DNA of 32,000 nucleotides from an archaeon GW2011_AR10 (lineage in GTDB: Archaea; Iainarchaeota; Iainarchaeia; Iainarchaeales; GW2011-AR10), in the NCBI GenBank assembly GCA_000830275.1, contig CP010424.1, positions 750,001 to 782,000 of the forward strand, read 5' to 3'. Under the pieces are notes generated by a model. That model ran no database searches. It had not been told where the DNA came from and worked only from the letters and a program-made list of their open reading frames with translations. The position numbers and the translations under genes were made by a program. Each line of letters begins with the position of its first letter. The first letter of the stretch is position 1. Of this stretch, positions 19,697-28,443 are shown piece by piece.

Positions 19697-20020
19697 ATGG
19701 CTGTTGACATTAGCAAGGAAATTCGAAGGGCAGTAGATTCAGGCAAAACTGTTTTCGGCTTAAAGCAGAGCAGCAAGAGTGTTTTAACAGGCAGCGGAAA
19801 GCTTTTGATTGTTGCAGGCAACACTCCAGCCAAGATCAGGGAGAAGGCAATTGGAGAGGCAGGGGTTTCGAGTATTCCTGTTTATGAGTTCAATGGTTCT
19901 GGGCTAGAGCTTGGCTCAGTATGCGGTAAACCTTTCACTGTTTCACTGATGGTTGTGGAAGACGAGGGCAAAAGCAAAGTAGTTGAAGCAGTCACTAAGA
20001 AAGCAGTGAAAGCCAAATGA
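19697..20020 (+). CDS. rpl30e: Ribosomal protein eL30 (L30e)
   Basis: 107 aa with the L7Ae/L30e-family pattern (GK.V.G.KQ..K.......KL.IVA.N.P). The position after rpoA'' is conserved in archaea. Confidence 0.88.
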   Translation: MAVDISKEIRRAVDSGKTVFGLKQSSKSVLTGSGKLLIVAGNTPAKIREKAIGEAGVSSIPVYEFNGSGLELGSVCGKPFTVSLMVVEDEGKSKVVEAVTKKAVKAK

Positions 20021-20430
20021 AAATAACCCAGGAGCAAATCCAGTTAATCAATGCCCTTGAAAGACTGTCTGGGGCAACTGCTCGCGACTGCCTTTTTGAT
20101 AAAAAGAACATCAGTTTTTTGGTGGCAAAAGAGCATATGTCAAGGGTTATAGGCAAGAATGGCTCAACCATCAAGAAAATGAGGGAAAAGATGGGGAGAA
20201 ACATTGAAGTGTTTGAATTCAGCGACTCAGCTGATGACTTCATTAAAAGCGCGCTGTACAAGGCAAAGATTAAGGCAGTTGAAGTAAGCGAATCCAACGG
20301 CAAGAAAACAATGAGGGTTGCAGTAGATCCTCTTTCGAGAAACCATCTGCTGCAGGACAGCGGAAAACTAAGGAGAATAAAGGAGCTATTGAAAAGAAAC
20401 TACAGTGTTGAAAGCCTAAAGATTAGATAA
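20017..20430 (+). CDS. nusA: Archaeal NusA-like transcription termination/antitermination factor (two KH domains)
   Basis: 137 aa with the KH-type motif VIGKNGSTIKKMREKMGRNIEV. It sits in the canonical slot between rpl30e and rps12, and its start overlaps the rpl30e stop in ATGA. Confidence 0.85.
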   Translation: MKITQEQIQLINALERLSGATARDCLFDKKNISFLVAKEHMSRVIGKNGSTIKKMREKMGRNIEVFEFSDSADDFIKSALYKAKIKAVEVSESNGKKTMRVAVDPLSRNHLLQDSGKLRRIKELLKRNYSVESLKIR

Positions 20431-20462
20431 CTATATAAATTATTAATGGAAGGAATTAGTGT

Positions 20463-20891
20463 ATGGGTTTAGGAGAGTATGCTGCTGCTTCGCTTGAGGA
20501 CAAGAGAAAAAAGTGGCGGTGGAAAAGCAGAAAATACAAGGAGAAAATGCTTGGAATGCAAGCCAAGTACGACTTGCTAGAGGGAGCACCTCAAGGGAAA
20601 GGAATTGTGATAGAGAAAAGGGGTGTTACCGCAAAGCAGCCTAACTCTGGAATCAGAAAGTGCGTTAGGGTTCAGCTTATTAAGAATGGAAAGCAGTTGA
20701 CTGCTTTGGCGCCTCGTGATGGTGCAATCAAGTTCATCGACGAGCACGATGAAGTTATGGTTGAAGGAATTGGGGGAGCGCAAAGAGGGCCTAAAGGAGA
20801 CTTATGGGGAGTCAAGTATAGGGTTACACACGTTAATGGTCAGAGTCTTGAGTCATTGAGAACAGGGAAGAAGGAAAAAGTGAAGAGATAA
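20463..20891 (+). CDS. rps12: Ribosomal protein uS12
   Basis: 142 aa with the conserved [25 protein letters not shown] segment. Confidence 0.95.
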   Translation: MGLGEYAAASLEDKRKKWRWKSRKYKEKMLGMQAKYDLLEGAPQGKGIVIEKRGVTAKQPNSGIRKCVRVQLIKNGKQLTALAPRDGAIKFIDEHDEVMVEGIGGAQRGPKGDLWGVKYRVTHVNGQSLESLRTGKKEKVKR

Positions 20892-20921
20892 TAAGAGATA
20901 AAATTCAAGGAACGATTTTTT

Positions 20922-21521
20922 ATGCTTGTGTTTGGAAAGTATGAAACAAATGAGGTGCAGCTTGCTGATTCAACCCTCGGAAACTATATCAATCTTGAGA
21001 CAAAAAAGTTTCCACACACTTTTGGCAGGCTTGCAAAAAAACGATTTTCAAAGGCAGAGATAAGCATTGTTGAGAGGCTTGTCAACAAGGTAATGCGTTC
21101 CGGGCAGGGAAAAAGAAAGTTAAGTGGCAAGTATATCCGGGGCAGGGGCGGCACCGGCAAAAAAATACAGGCAATGCAAATAGTTGAGAGAGCATTTGAT
21201 ATCGTGGCAAAGGAAACAAAGCAGAACCCGATTCAGGTTCTGGTGAAAGCCATTGAGAATGCGGGTGCAAGAGAAGACATAACCAGGATTAAGCGAGGCG
21301 GCATTTCTTACACTGTTTCGGTTGATGTTGCACCGCTTAAGAGAGTTGACGAATCACTTAAGAATATTGCTTTGGCTGCTTTCGCTTCTTCGTTTAACAA
21401 AAAGGTAAGCGCAGAGGAGGCTCTTGCAAGGGAACTCATATTGGCTTCAAAAGAGGATAATGCATCTTTCAGCATTAAGAGAAGGGATGAAGTAGAGAGA
21501 ATTGCAAAGAGCTCCAGATAG
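20922..21521 (+). CDS. rps7: Ribosomal protein uS7
   Basis: 199 aa with an archaeal S7 pattern (IVERLVNK.MRSG..., NPIQVLV.AIEN..PRED..R). It follows rps12. Confidence 0.93.
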   Translation: MLVFGKYETNEVQLADSTLGNYINLETKKFPHTFGRLAKKRFSKAEISIVERLVNKVMRSGQGKRKLSGKYIRGRGGTGKKIQAMQIVERAFDIVAKETKQNPIQVLVKAIENAGAREDITRIKRGGISYTVSVDVAPLKRVDESLKNIALAAFASSFNKKVSAEEALARELILASKEDNASFSIKRRDEVERIAKSSR

Positions 21522-21555
21522 CGCAATTGTTTTATTTTATCAGATGGTTTTTTTT

Positions 21556-23751
21556 ATGGCACGAAAGGAAGACGTAGTTAAAAGGGCTGCCGAGTTAATG
21601 AACAAATTGGATAAAATAAGGAACATCGGGATAGTTGCACACATTGACCACGGTAAAAGCACTCTTACAGATAACCTTGTTGCTTCTTCTGGCTTGATGA
21701 GTCAAGAGCTCGCCGGAAAACAACTCATAATGGACTTTGAGGACCAAGAACAGCAGCGCGGAATTACGATTAATGCTGCAAACATTTCTGTTGTACAGGA
21801 ATTAAACGGGGAAGAGTATTTAATCAACATCATTGATACTCCGGGTCACGTAGATTTTTCAGGGGAAGTGCTTCGCGCAATGCGCGCAGTTGACGGCGTC
21901 ATAATCGTTGTGGATGCTGTTGAGTCAGTAATGCCGCAAACAGAAACGGTGATAAGGCAGGCGTTAAAAGAGTACGTTCAACCAGTGCTGTTCATCAACA
22001 AGGTTGACAGGCTGATTGAGGAACTGCAGGTTACAGATGAGCAGATGAAAGAAAGGTTTGTGAAAGTCATTGCCCAAGTTAACACTTTAATCAAAAATAA
22101 TGCACCTAATGAGTTTAAGAACAAGTGGACTGTAAGAGTGGAGGATGGCAGCGTTTGCTTTGGTTCAGCTTATCACAATTGGGCGGTAAGCGTTGGCTCG
22201 ATGAAGAAAACCGGGATTGGCTTCAAGGAAGTTTATGATCTGATCAATTCTGACAGGCAGAAGGAGCTTGCAGAGAAATCACCAATCTTCTCTGTTTTAA
22301 CTGAAATGGTCATCAATCACTTGCCTTCACCGGTTGAAGCACAAAAGTACAGGATTAAAATAATTTGGGGCGGGGATGAGGAAAGCGAAATAGGAAAAGC
22401 AATGATTACCACTGACCCGAAAGGCCCGTTCTCAATGATGGTTACGGATGTAAGCGTTGACCCGCACGCAGGGGACATTGCAACAGGCAGGGTTTACTCT
22501 GGGAAAATCGTCAGGGGCGCGAAATTAAGGCTTGTAAAGGCTGACAGGGAGATTAACGTGCAGAAGGTTGGCGTATACATGGGGCCTGACTTTGTGGAAG
22601 CTGAAGCCGTTCCAGCCGGAAACATTGTCGCAATAGTCGGGGCAAAAGAGGTTTATGCTGGTCAAACGATTGCAAGTTATGAAATCAAGGAGTTTGAGTC
22701 ATTCAAGAGCAAAGCAGAACCTGTAATGACTGTGTCAATTGAAGCAAAACACACAAAGGATTTGCCGAAGCTAATTGAAGTGCTTAGGCAGCTTTCAAAG
22801 GAGGACCCGAACCTTGTTACAACAATTAACCAGGAAACCGGAGAGCACTTGCTTTCTGGAATGGGAGAACTGCACTTGGAGGTTAACCAGTACAGGATAA
22901 CACAGCACCATAAGGTGCCGATTGAAGTCAGCCCGCCGATTGTTGTTTACCATGAGACAATAAACAAGTCCTCTAGGACTGTGGCCACAAAGAGCCCGAA
23001 CAGGCACAATCACTTCTTTTTAAGTGTTGAGCCAATGCCAAGGGAACTGCTTGACAGGCTGATTGAAGAGAGAATTGAGGCAAAAATCAGGCCAAAGGAC
23101 AAGGAGATTGTTGCAAAGCTTCAGGAAGTTGGCTTCAGCAATGATGTTGCGAAAAAGATTTGGATGGTGCACAACCACAACGTGCTTGTGGATGTCACGA
23201 GAGGAATTCAGGCACTGCACGAAATCAAGGAACTCGTAATTCAGGGTTTCGCTGACGCAATGAATGAAGGGCCACTAGCTAAAGAGAAATGTTATGGCGT
23301 AATAGTGAAACTGGAGGACGCCAAGTTGCATGAGGACTCTATTCACAGGGGGCCAGCACAAGTTTTGCCTGCAGTTACAAGGGGCATTTATGGTGCAATG
23401 CTTTCAGCTGATGCAGTGCTTTACGAGCCAAAGCAGAATCTGGCAATTACGGTGCCGGAAAGGTTTATGGGTTCCGCCACCAAGGAACTTGGAAGCCGTA
23501 GAACCCAGATAAGCGAGATTAGAAGTGAGGGGGATGCCTCAATTATTATTGCGAAAGCGCCGGTAAAGGAACTCATTGGTTTCAGTGCAGCAATAAGGGG
23601 GGCAACAGAGGGAAGAGCTATTTGGACAGCCGAGTTTTCCGGCTACGAGATTCTTCCCAGAGAACTCCAAAAACAGATTATCGCTGAAATCAGGAAGAGA
23701 AAAGGAATGGACCCGGAGCCGAAGCCGGCAAGTTTTTTCTTGGAGGGTTAA
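21556..23751 (+). CDS. fusA: Translation elongation factor aEF-2
   Basis: GTPase motifs AHIDHGKST, DTPGHVDF and NKVDR, plus the diphthamide-loop region HEDSIHRGPAQV. The ORF opens at 21502, but the ATG at 21556 (MARKEDVVK...) fits EF-2 N-termini. Confidence 0.96.
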   Translation: MARKEDVVKRAAELMNKLDKIRNIGIVAHIDHGKSTLTDNLVASSGLMSQELAGKQLIMDFEDQEQQRGITINAANISVVQELNGEEYLINIIDTPGHVDFSGEVLRAMRAVDGVIIVVDAVESVMPQTETVIRQALKEYVQPVLFINKVDRLIEELQVTDEQMKERFVKVIAQVNTLIKNNAPNEFKNKWTVRVEDGSVCFGSAYHNWAVSVGSMKKTGIGFKEVYDLINSDRQKELAEKSPIFSVLTEMVINHLPSPVEAQKYRIKIIWGGDEESEIGKAMITTDPKGPFSMMVTDVSVDPHAGDIATGRVYSGKIVRGAKLRLVKADREINVQKVGVYMGPDFVEAEAVPAGNIVAIVGAKEVYAGQTIASYEIKEFESFKSKAEPVMTVSIEAKHTKDLPKLIEVLRQLSKEDPNLVTTINQETGEHLLSGMGELHLEVNQYRITQHHKVPIEVSPPIVVYHETINKSSRTVATKSPNRHNHFFLSVEPMPRELLDRLIEERIEAKIRPKDKEIVAKLQEVGFSNDVAKKIWMVHNHNVLVDVTRGIQALHEIKELVIQGFADAMNEGPLAKEKCYGVIVKLEDAKLHEDSIHRGPAQVLPAVTRGIYGAMLSADAVLYEPKQNLAITVPERFMGSATKELGSRRTQISEIRSEGDASIIIAKAPVKELIGFSAAIRGATEGRAIWTAEFSGYEILPRELQKQIIAEIRKRKGMDPEPKPASFFLEG

Positions 23752-23892
23752 ATTAAATCATCCCAAAAGAATGCAGTTTTGTTTGGTCAGCGGACATTGG
23801 TTTTTAAATGTTTCCAAAGCATAATTAGTATTGATTTTTAGCCTAAATAAGCATTTTTACGCCTTTTGGCGCATTTTTGGAAGTGTAATTCA

Positions 23893-25161
23893 ATGGCAGT
23901 AAAGCCGCACATTAACTTGGTGTTTATTGGTCACGTCGACCACGGTAAATCCACTTTAGTTGGAAGACTGCTGTATGACACTGGTGCTTTGCCGGAACAG
24001 GATTACAGGAAACTTAAGCAGGAAGCTGAAAGCAGGGGAAAGGGAACTTTTGTTTTTGCTTACGTGATGGACAACTTGAAGGAAGAAAGGGAAAGGGGCG
24101 TTACCATTGATGTTGCTTACAAGAAGTTTGAGGGCAAGAAAAACTCTTTCACTATAATTGATGCTCCAGGCCATAGGGACTTTGTTAAGAACATGATTAC
24201 TGGAACAAGCCAAGCGGATGCTGCTGTGCTTGTAGTGGCTGCAAAGGAAGGAATCCAGCCGCAAACCAAAGAGCATGCATTTTTGGCGCAGGTTATGGGC
24301 ATAAAGCAGATGATTATTGGAATCAACAAGATGGATGAGGTAAAATACGTTGAAGCAACCTACAACAAGGTTGTTGACGAAATGAAGAAACTCATCAAGG
24401 GCATTGGCTACAAGGAAGACCAGGTTACATTTATTCCAATTTCTGGTTGGGTTGGAGACAACATTGCAAAGAAATCGCAGAACATGGGCTGGTATAAGGG
24501 TCCAACGCTGGTTGAACAACTTGACAACTTTAATGCGGTTCCGGCACCAACAGACAAGCCTTTGAGGCTTCCAATTCAGGACGTTTACAATATTAAGGGT
24601 GTTGGAACTGTTCCAGTTGGAAGGGTTGAAACCGGCATCATGAAGCCAGGTGACAAGATAATTGTTGAGCCTGCAGGAAAGCAGGGAGAAGTTAAGTCAA
24701 TTGAAGCACACCACGAGCAGTTGTCTCAAGCAGTGCCAGGCGACAACGTGGGTTTTAATGTAAGGGGCATTTCAAGGGACGAGATTGCAAGAGGCGATGT
24801 TGTAGGGCACCCAAACAACCCTCCTACTGTGGTGAAAGAGTTTACTGCCCAGATTGTGGTTTTGAATCACCCGACTGCAATTCCAGTTGGTTACACGCCA
24901 GTTTTCCACATGCACACCGCGCAGTTGAGCTGCAGCTTGACAGAATTGCAGAAAAAGCTTGACCCCAAAACAGGGCAGGAAAAGGAAGCAAACCCCAAGT
25001 TTTTGAAGACAGGTGATGCAGCGATTGTAAAGATTGTGCCAACCAAGCCGGTTGTGCTGGAAGAATACAAGAAGTTCCCGCAACTTGGAAGGTTTGCAAT
25101 CAGGGACATGGGGCAGACTGTTGCTGCAGGAATTGTCCTAAGCGTCACGCCGAAGAAGTAA
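23893..25161 (+). CDS. tuf: Translation elongation factor aEF-1alpha
   Basis: [17 protein letters not shown] and NKMD motifs. Length is 422 aa from the ATG at 23893; the ORF opens 9 codons earlier, at 23866. Confidence 0.97.
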   Translation: MAVKPHINLVFIGHVDHGKSTLVGRLLYDTGALPEQDYRKLKQEAESRGKGTFVFAYVMDNLKEERERGVTIDVAYKKFEGKKNSFTIIDAPGHRDFVKNMITGTSQADAAVLVVAAKEGIQPQTKEHAFLAQVMGIKQMIIGINKMDEVKYVEATYNKVVDEMKKLIKGIGYKEDQVTFIPISGWVGDNIAKKSQNMGWYKGPTLVEQLDNFNAVPAPTDKPLRLPIQDVYNIKGVGTVPVGRVETGIMKPGDKIIVEPAGKQGEVKSIEAHHEQLSQAVPGDNVGFNVRGISRDEIARGDVVGHPNNPPTVVKEFTAQIVVLNHPTAIPVGYTPVFHMHTAQLSCSLTELQKKLDPKTGQEKEANPKFLKTGDAAIVKIVPTKPVVLEEYKKFPQLGRFAIRDMGQTVAAGIVLSVTPKK

Positions 25162-25178
25162 TGCTGTTATTACTTCTT
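25153..25178 (+). terminator. Perfect 10-bp stem / 6-nt loop hairpin (AAGAAGTAAT-GCTGTT-ATTACTTCTT) overlapping the tuf stop codon, followed by T-rich sequence
   Basis: Read directly, with ATTATTTTTATTT downstream. It could be a partial terminator or processing site between tuf and rps10. Function is not established. Confidence 0.35.
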
Positions 25179-25242
25179 TATCCCATTATTTTTATTTGCT
25201 CGGGCCTTGCAATGAAAGGCCAGCAGAAAAGAGTGATGGGAA

Positions 25243-25551
25243 ATGCAGAAAGCCAGAATCAAACTTACGAGCCCTGATTACAAGAAGCTTACCGAGATAT
25301 GCAAGCAAATTCTGGAAGTTGCAGATAGAACCGGGGTAAAGCACTCTGGCAGCATTCCATTGCCCACAAAAAAAATGGTTATTCCTACTCGCAAGAGTCC
25401 CTGCGGCGGTGGCACTGAAAGCTACGAGAAATGGGAGCTGCGCGCCCACAAGCGCTTAATCGACATTGACTCTGATGAAAGGACCCTTAGGCGCATTATG
25501 AGAGTTGAAATTCCTGAAAACGTGCACGTTGAAATCGAATTAAAGAATTAA
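25243..25551 (+). CDS. rps10: Ribosomal protein uS10
   Basis: 102 aa. ARIKL.S.D...L......I...A.R.G....G.IPLPTK...... HKR.I....  is the S10 pattern, and the position after tuf is conserved. Confidence 0.93.
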   Translation: MQKARIKLTSPDYKKLTEICKQILEVADRTGVKHSGSIPLPTKKMVIPTRKSPCGGGTESYEKWELRAHKRLIDIDSDERTLRRIMRVEIPENVHVEIELKN

Positions 25552-25576
25552 ATTAACTTTCTTAGCTGTTTCTTAC

Positions 25577-26008
25577 ATGAAGTTCAGGTTTTTGGAAGAA
25601 GAATCGTTTGCTGATTCTGCATTTGAGGCTTTTGGCTCAAGCTTAAGCGAGCTGTTTGAAAACTGTGCTCTTGCTGCTTTCTCTGAGATGGCTGACTTAA
25701 GCAAAGTAAAGAAAAAAATTGAAAAAAAAGTTAAAATTGAAGCTGAAACAGCTGAAGAGCTGTTGTTTGATTGGCTTGCGGAACTGGTTTTCCTCAAGGA
25801 CGCTGAAGGAGAAATTTTTTCCGAGTTTAAAGCAGTAGTTAAGGAGAAAAGCGGAAAATTTTTTTTGGCTGCCTCATGCTCAGGGCAAAAAATCAGCGAG
25901 ATCAGCGCAGAAAACCTCAGGAACGATGTTAAAGCCGTTACAAAGCATTACTTTGAGCTGCGCAAAGAAAAAGGCAGGTTCCGGGCGAAAATCGTTCTCG
26001 ACATCTGA
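25577..26008 (+). CDS. Archease (RtcB activator)
   Basis: 143 aa with the N-terminal F..EE.SFADSAFEAFG..L.ELF motif and the C-terminal VKAVT.H pattern characteristic of archease. Confidence 0.87.
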   Translation: MKFRFLEEESFADSAFEAFGSSLSELFENCALAAFSEMADLSKVKKKIEKKVKIEAETAEELLFDWLAELVFLKDAEGEIFSEFKAVVKEKSGKFFLAASCSGQKISEISAENLRNDVKAVTKHYFELRKEKGRFRAKIVLDI

Positions 26009-26049
26009 TGCTAAAGGCTTAAATATTAAAAAATACTATTAATTATGCA

Positions 26050-28404
26050 ATGAATTCAAGGGTTTTTTTGGTTGTTATCTTTGTTATTGTGGTTTCGAAT
26101 ACGGCGTTCGCTGACCTTAAAGGAACTACAGTTATGGTTACATATGCTAATCCTCCAGCAGTAATTTATTGCAAGGATGAACTTTCGCTGAGCGGCTTGC
26201 CGGCAACAAACTGTTCAAGTTCTTCAATAGATGCAAGCAGGTACCCTACAATCAGGGTAATAATGCAGATAAACCCTCCAACCAGGAATTTGCCAAGCAT
26301 TGACACTGACATGCAGCTTTTCGGGTTTCCTGAAACTGAAGTATGGGACCCAAACCAGCCTCTTGTCCAGAGGCAATGCAGTAACAGAGCAGTATGCCAG
26401 CAGTGGAATTGCTTTGTTTCCAATGGCTGGATAAGTGAACCCCCAGCCCAACCATTGAATGAGCCTGGAAGCATTCAGGCCGGGGAGCAGGCAACCCTAA
26501 TATGTGAGATAAAAATAACCCCAGAATTTGTGGATGTTTGGAATGGCCCTTCTGTAGTTGGAAATGGAACGATTGTAACAACGCTTCTCTCCCAAAGACT
26601 TGTTGCAGTTGACCCTGTTGAACCGCCAGAAATCCTGCAGGACACAACTGAATTAAGGGTCACTAATGCTCAAACTGTTTTTGACTTTGACCAGCAGGCA
26701 CCGGTACCAGAAGATTTTGTCTCCACAGATAATATTGCTAATTACACTATAACAAATAATAGTGGTCAAACAATTTCAGTTGGAGAACCTGGAAGCGGAA
26801 CAAATGTAATATTTAACTGCTCTGCTGCAATGGGAGCGCCATGCAGTCGATTGATTCAGCAGCTTAGCCCAAGCAACTATCAGTTTAATCCATCAGTTGT
26901 TTTGGATGGGCAAGACTTTGATGCAATTTGCGATTACCCTAACAAGGATGCCGTGATTGCCAGCTATGGAAAATTAGGGATGAGTTTTATGTATGCTTCA
27001 GCCACCTTTTCTAAGCCAATTTTTGACCGTTTTGGCAGCCCATTACTGGACCCTGCAGGAAAGCCAATGAACGTTGTTTCAGAGTATTTTTTCAGCCAAG
27101 ACCCGCAAACCCGAGATTTTACTCCGAATGAACCGGAGGTTTGCCTGTACCCTGGCAACGATTTCGTTGTTGGTGGAGACTTTATTGCTCCGAGACAAGA
27201 TGTGCCGGTTTCAGTCAAGTACAACAGAGTGAATACTCTGGCTTTTTCAAGCGGCGGACCCATTTATTTCAAGCTTCAGGGCCTTGATGCAAGCGACACC
27301 CCCATTTTTCCTGTCATTAGGGAATGGAGCATTTCTTCAGGAGATGCCGGCTATCCTTCAGGCATTGGAGATTTTACTTACAGCACAAGTTTTTTTGGCT
27401 ATGAGTTTTTTCTGGAAAACCTAGCAAAAGTCAGGCTGACAATTTTTGACAGCCAGCCTTTGGTGAACTCAACAAGGCTTGGCTGGGTTGATAGGCCGGT
27501 TACGAAGATTAGAATGATTCATCCCGAAAATGAGCCTGACTGGCCTTGGGAGAGGAAAGTTCCGGTTGATGAGAGCATAACCCTTGAATTGAGGAACATT
27601 GAAACAGTTTCAAGGGCGCACACTTTTTCATTGATTGATAGCAATCCTTCTGGCATCACATTGATAACCGACAAAGCCTGTAATGACCCAGCAAGAGTTG
27701 AAACCGAAATAACTTCTGGCGCACCAAACTGGGAGTTCACTGAAACATTTCCGGGTGTTGGCGGCAGGCCTTACCCTTCCCACAAAAAAATCTGTGTAAC
27801 CTTTGCACTCAGAGGCGACTATGAATTCCAGTTAGAGGGCTCAACTGAAACAATAACTGTTTCATCCGGAGGCGGCCCCACTGATTTCTTTGAGGGAACA
27901 GTAACCGCTGGGGCTTATGATGCTGGAAGCGGAACTTTCACTGAGAAAACAAATTTTGACAAAGTTGACAATGAAGATTTGGCAGTTAAAATCACTTTCA
28001 AAAACAAAACTGGGACTGTAATTCCCGCTTCAAAGGCTAAGTTTGATATCGCAATACATGACACATTCAATCGTTTCTTGGATTACGATGATTCCGCAAA
28101 TGCACCTGGAGACATTCCTGGAAATAGCGAGGTATCATTTATTGTGCCGGTTGATTTTGGGGGAAGCGCTTGGCCAATTGATGACTTGGAAGTGGCAACT
28201 TATGCAGCAGAATTTAGAATTCTTCCATATGAGGAGCCGGTTGGAACAGTGGTTGAAGCAAGTGTTGCAAACAACAGCGATTCAACTTTTTTCACTGTGA
28301 AGGACTCTGCCACAAGCACTGTTGCAATCCCTGAAACAAGCCTCTTGCTGCTGCCGTTGATTGCTTTGAGTGTGCTGTTTTTGCTGCATAGAGGCAAAAA
28401 GTAG
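26050..28404 (+). CDS. Hypothetical secreted, C-terminally anchored cell-surface protein (784 aa)
   Basis: Signal peptide MNSRVFLVVIFVIVVSNTAFA|D. I count 12 Cys and at least 8 N-x-S/T sequons. The C-terminal region resembles a CARDB/Ig-like module (...VEASVANNSDSTFFTV), followed by PETS, a hydrophobic helix (LLLLPLIALSVLFLL) and HRGKK. I recognise no enzymatic motif. Confidence 0.8.
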   Translation: MNSRVFLVVIFVIVVSNTAFADLKGTTVMVTYANPPAVIYCKDELSLSGLPATNCSSSSIDASRYPTIRVIMQINPPTRNLPSIDTDMQLFGFPETEVWDPNQPLVQRQCSNRAVCQQWNCFVSNGWISEPPAQPLNEPGSIQAGEQATLICEIKITPEFVDVWNGPSVVGNGTIVTTLLSQRLVAVDPVEPPEILQDTTELRVTNAQTVFDFDQQAPVPEDFVSTDNIANYTITNNSGQTISVGEPGSGTNVIFNCSAAMGAPCSRLIQQLSPSNYQFNPSVVLDGQDFDAICDYPNKDAVIASYGKLGMSFMYASATFSKPIFDRFGSPLLDPAGKPMNVVSEYFFSQDPQTRDFTPNEPEVCLYPGNDFVVGGDFIAPRQDVPVSVKYNRVNTLAFSSGGPIYFKLQGLDASDTPIFPVIREWSISSGDAGYPSGIGDFTYSTSFFGYEFFLENLAKVRLTIFDSQPLVNSTRLGWVDRPVTKIRMIHPENEPDWPWERKVPVDESITLELRNIETVSRAHTFSLIDSNPSGITLITDKACNDPARVETEITSGAPNWEFTETFPGVGGRPYPSHKKICVTFALRGDYEFQLEGSTETITVSSGGGPTDFFEGTVTAGAYDAGSGTFTEKTNFDKVDNEDLAVKITFKNKTGTVIPASKAKFDIAIHDTFNRFLDYDDSANAPGDIPGNSEVSFIVPVDFGGSAWPIDDLEVATYAAEFRILPYEEPVGTVVEASVANNSDSTFFTVKDSATSTVAIPETSLLLLPLIALSVLFLLHRGKK

Positions 28405-28443
28405 AGTTTTTTAGGGTTTGCCTGCCTTAATCCATAAAATAAC

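Noticed and set aside
21502-21555. N-terminal extensions implied by the ORF track for aEF-2 (21502), aEF-1alpha (23866), RibH (9396), RbkR (10616) and SufS (3547)
   Set aside because: The extra residues are non-conserved and hydrophobic or low-complexity. Internal ATGs give N-termini matching the family consensus, and for RibH the internal ATG also has a GGAGGT SD. I chose the shorter models.
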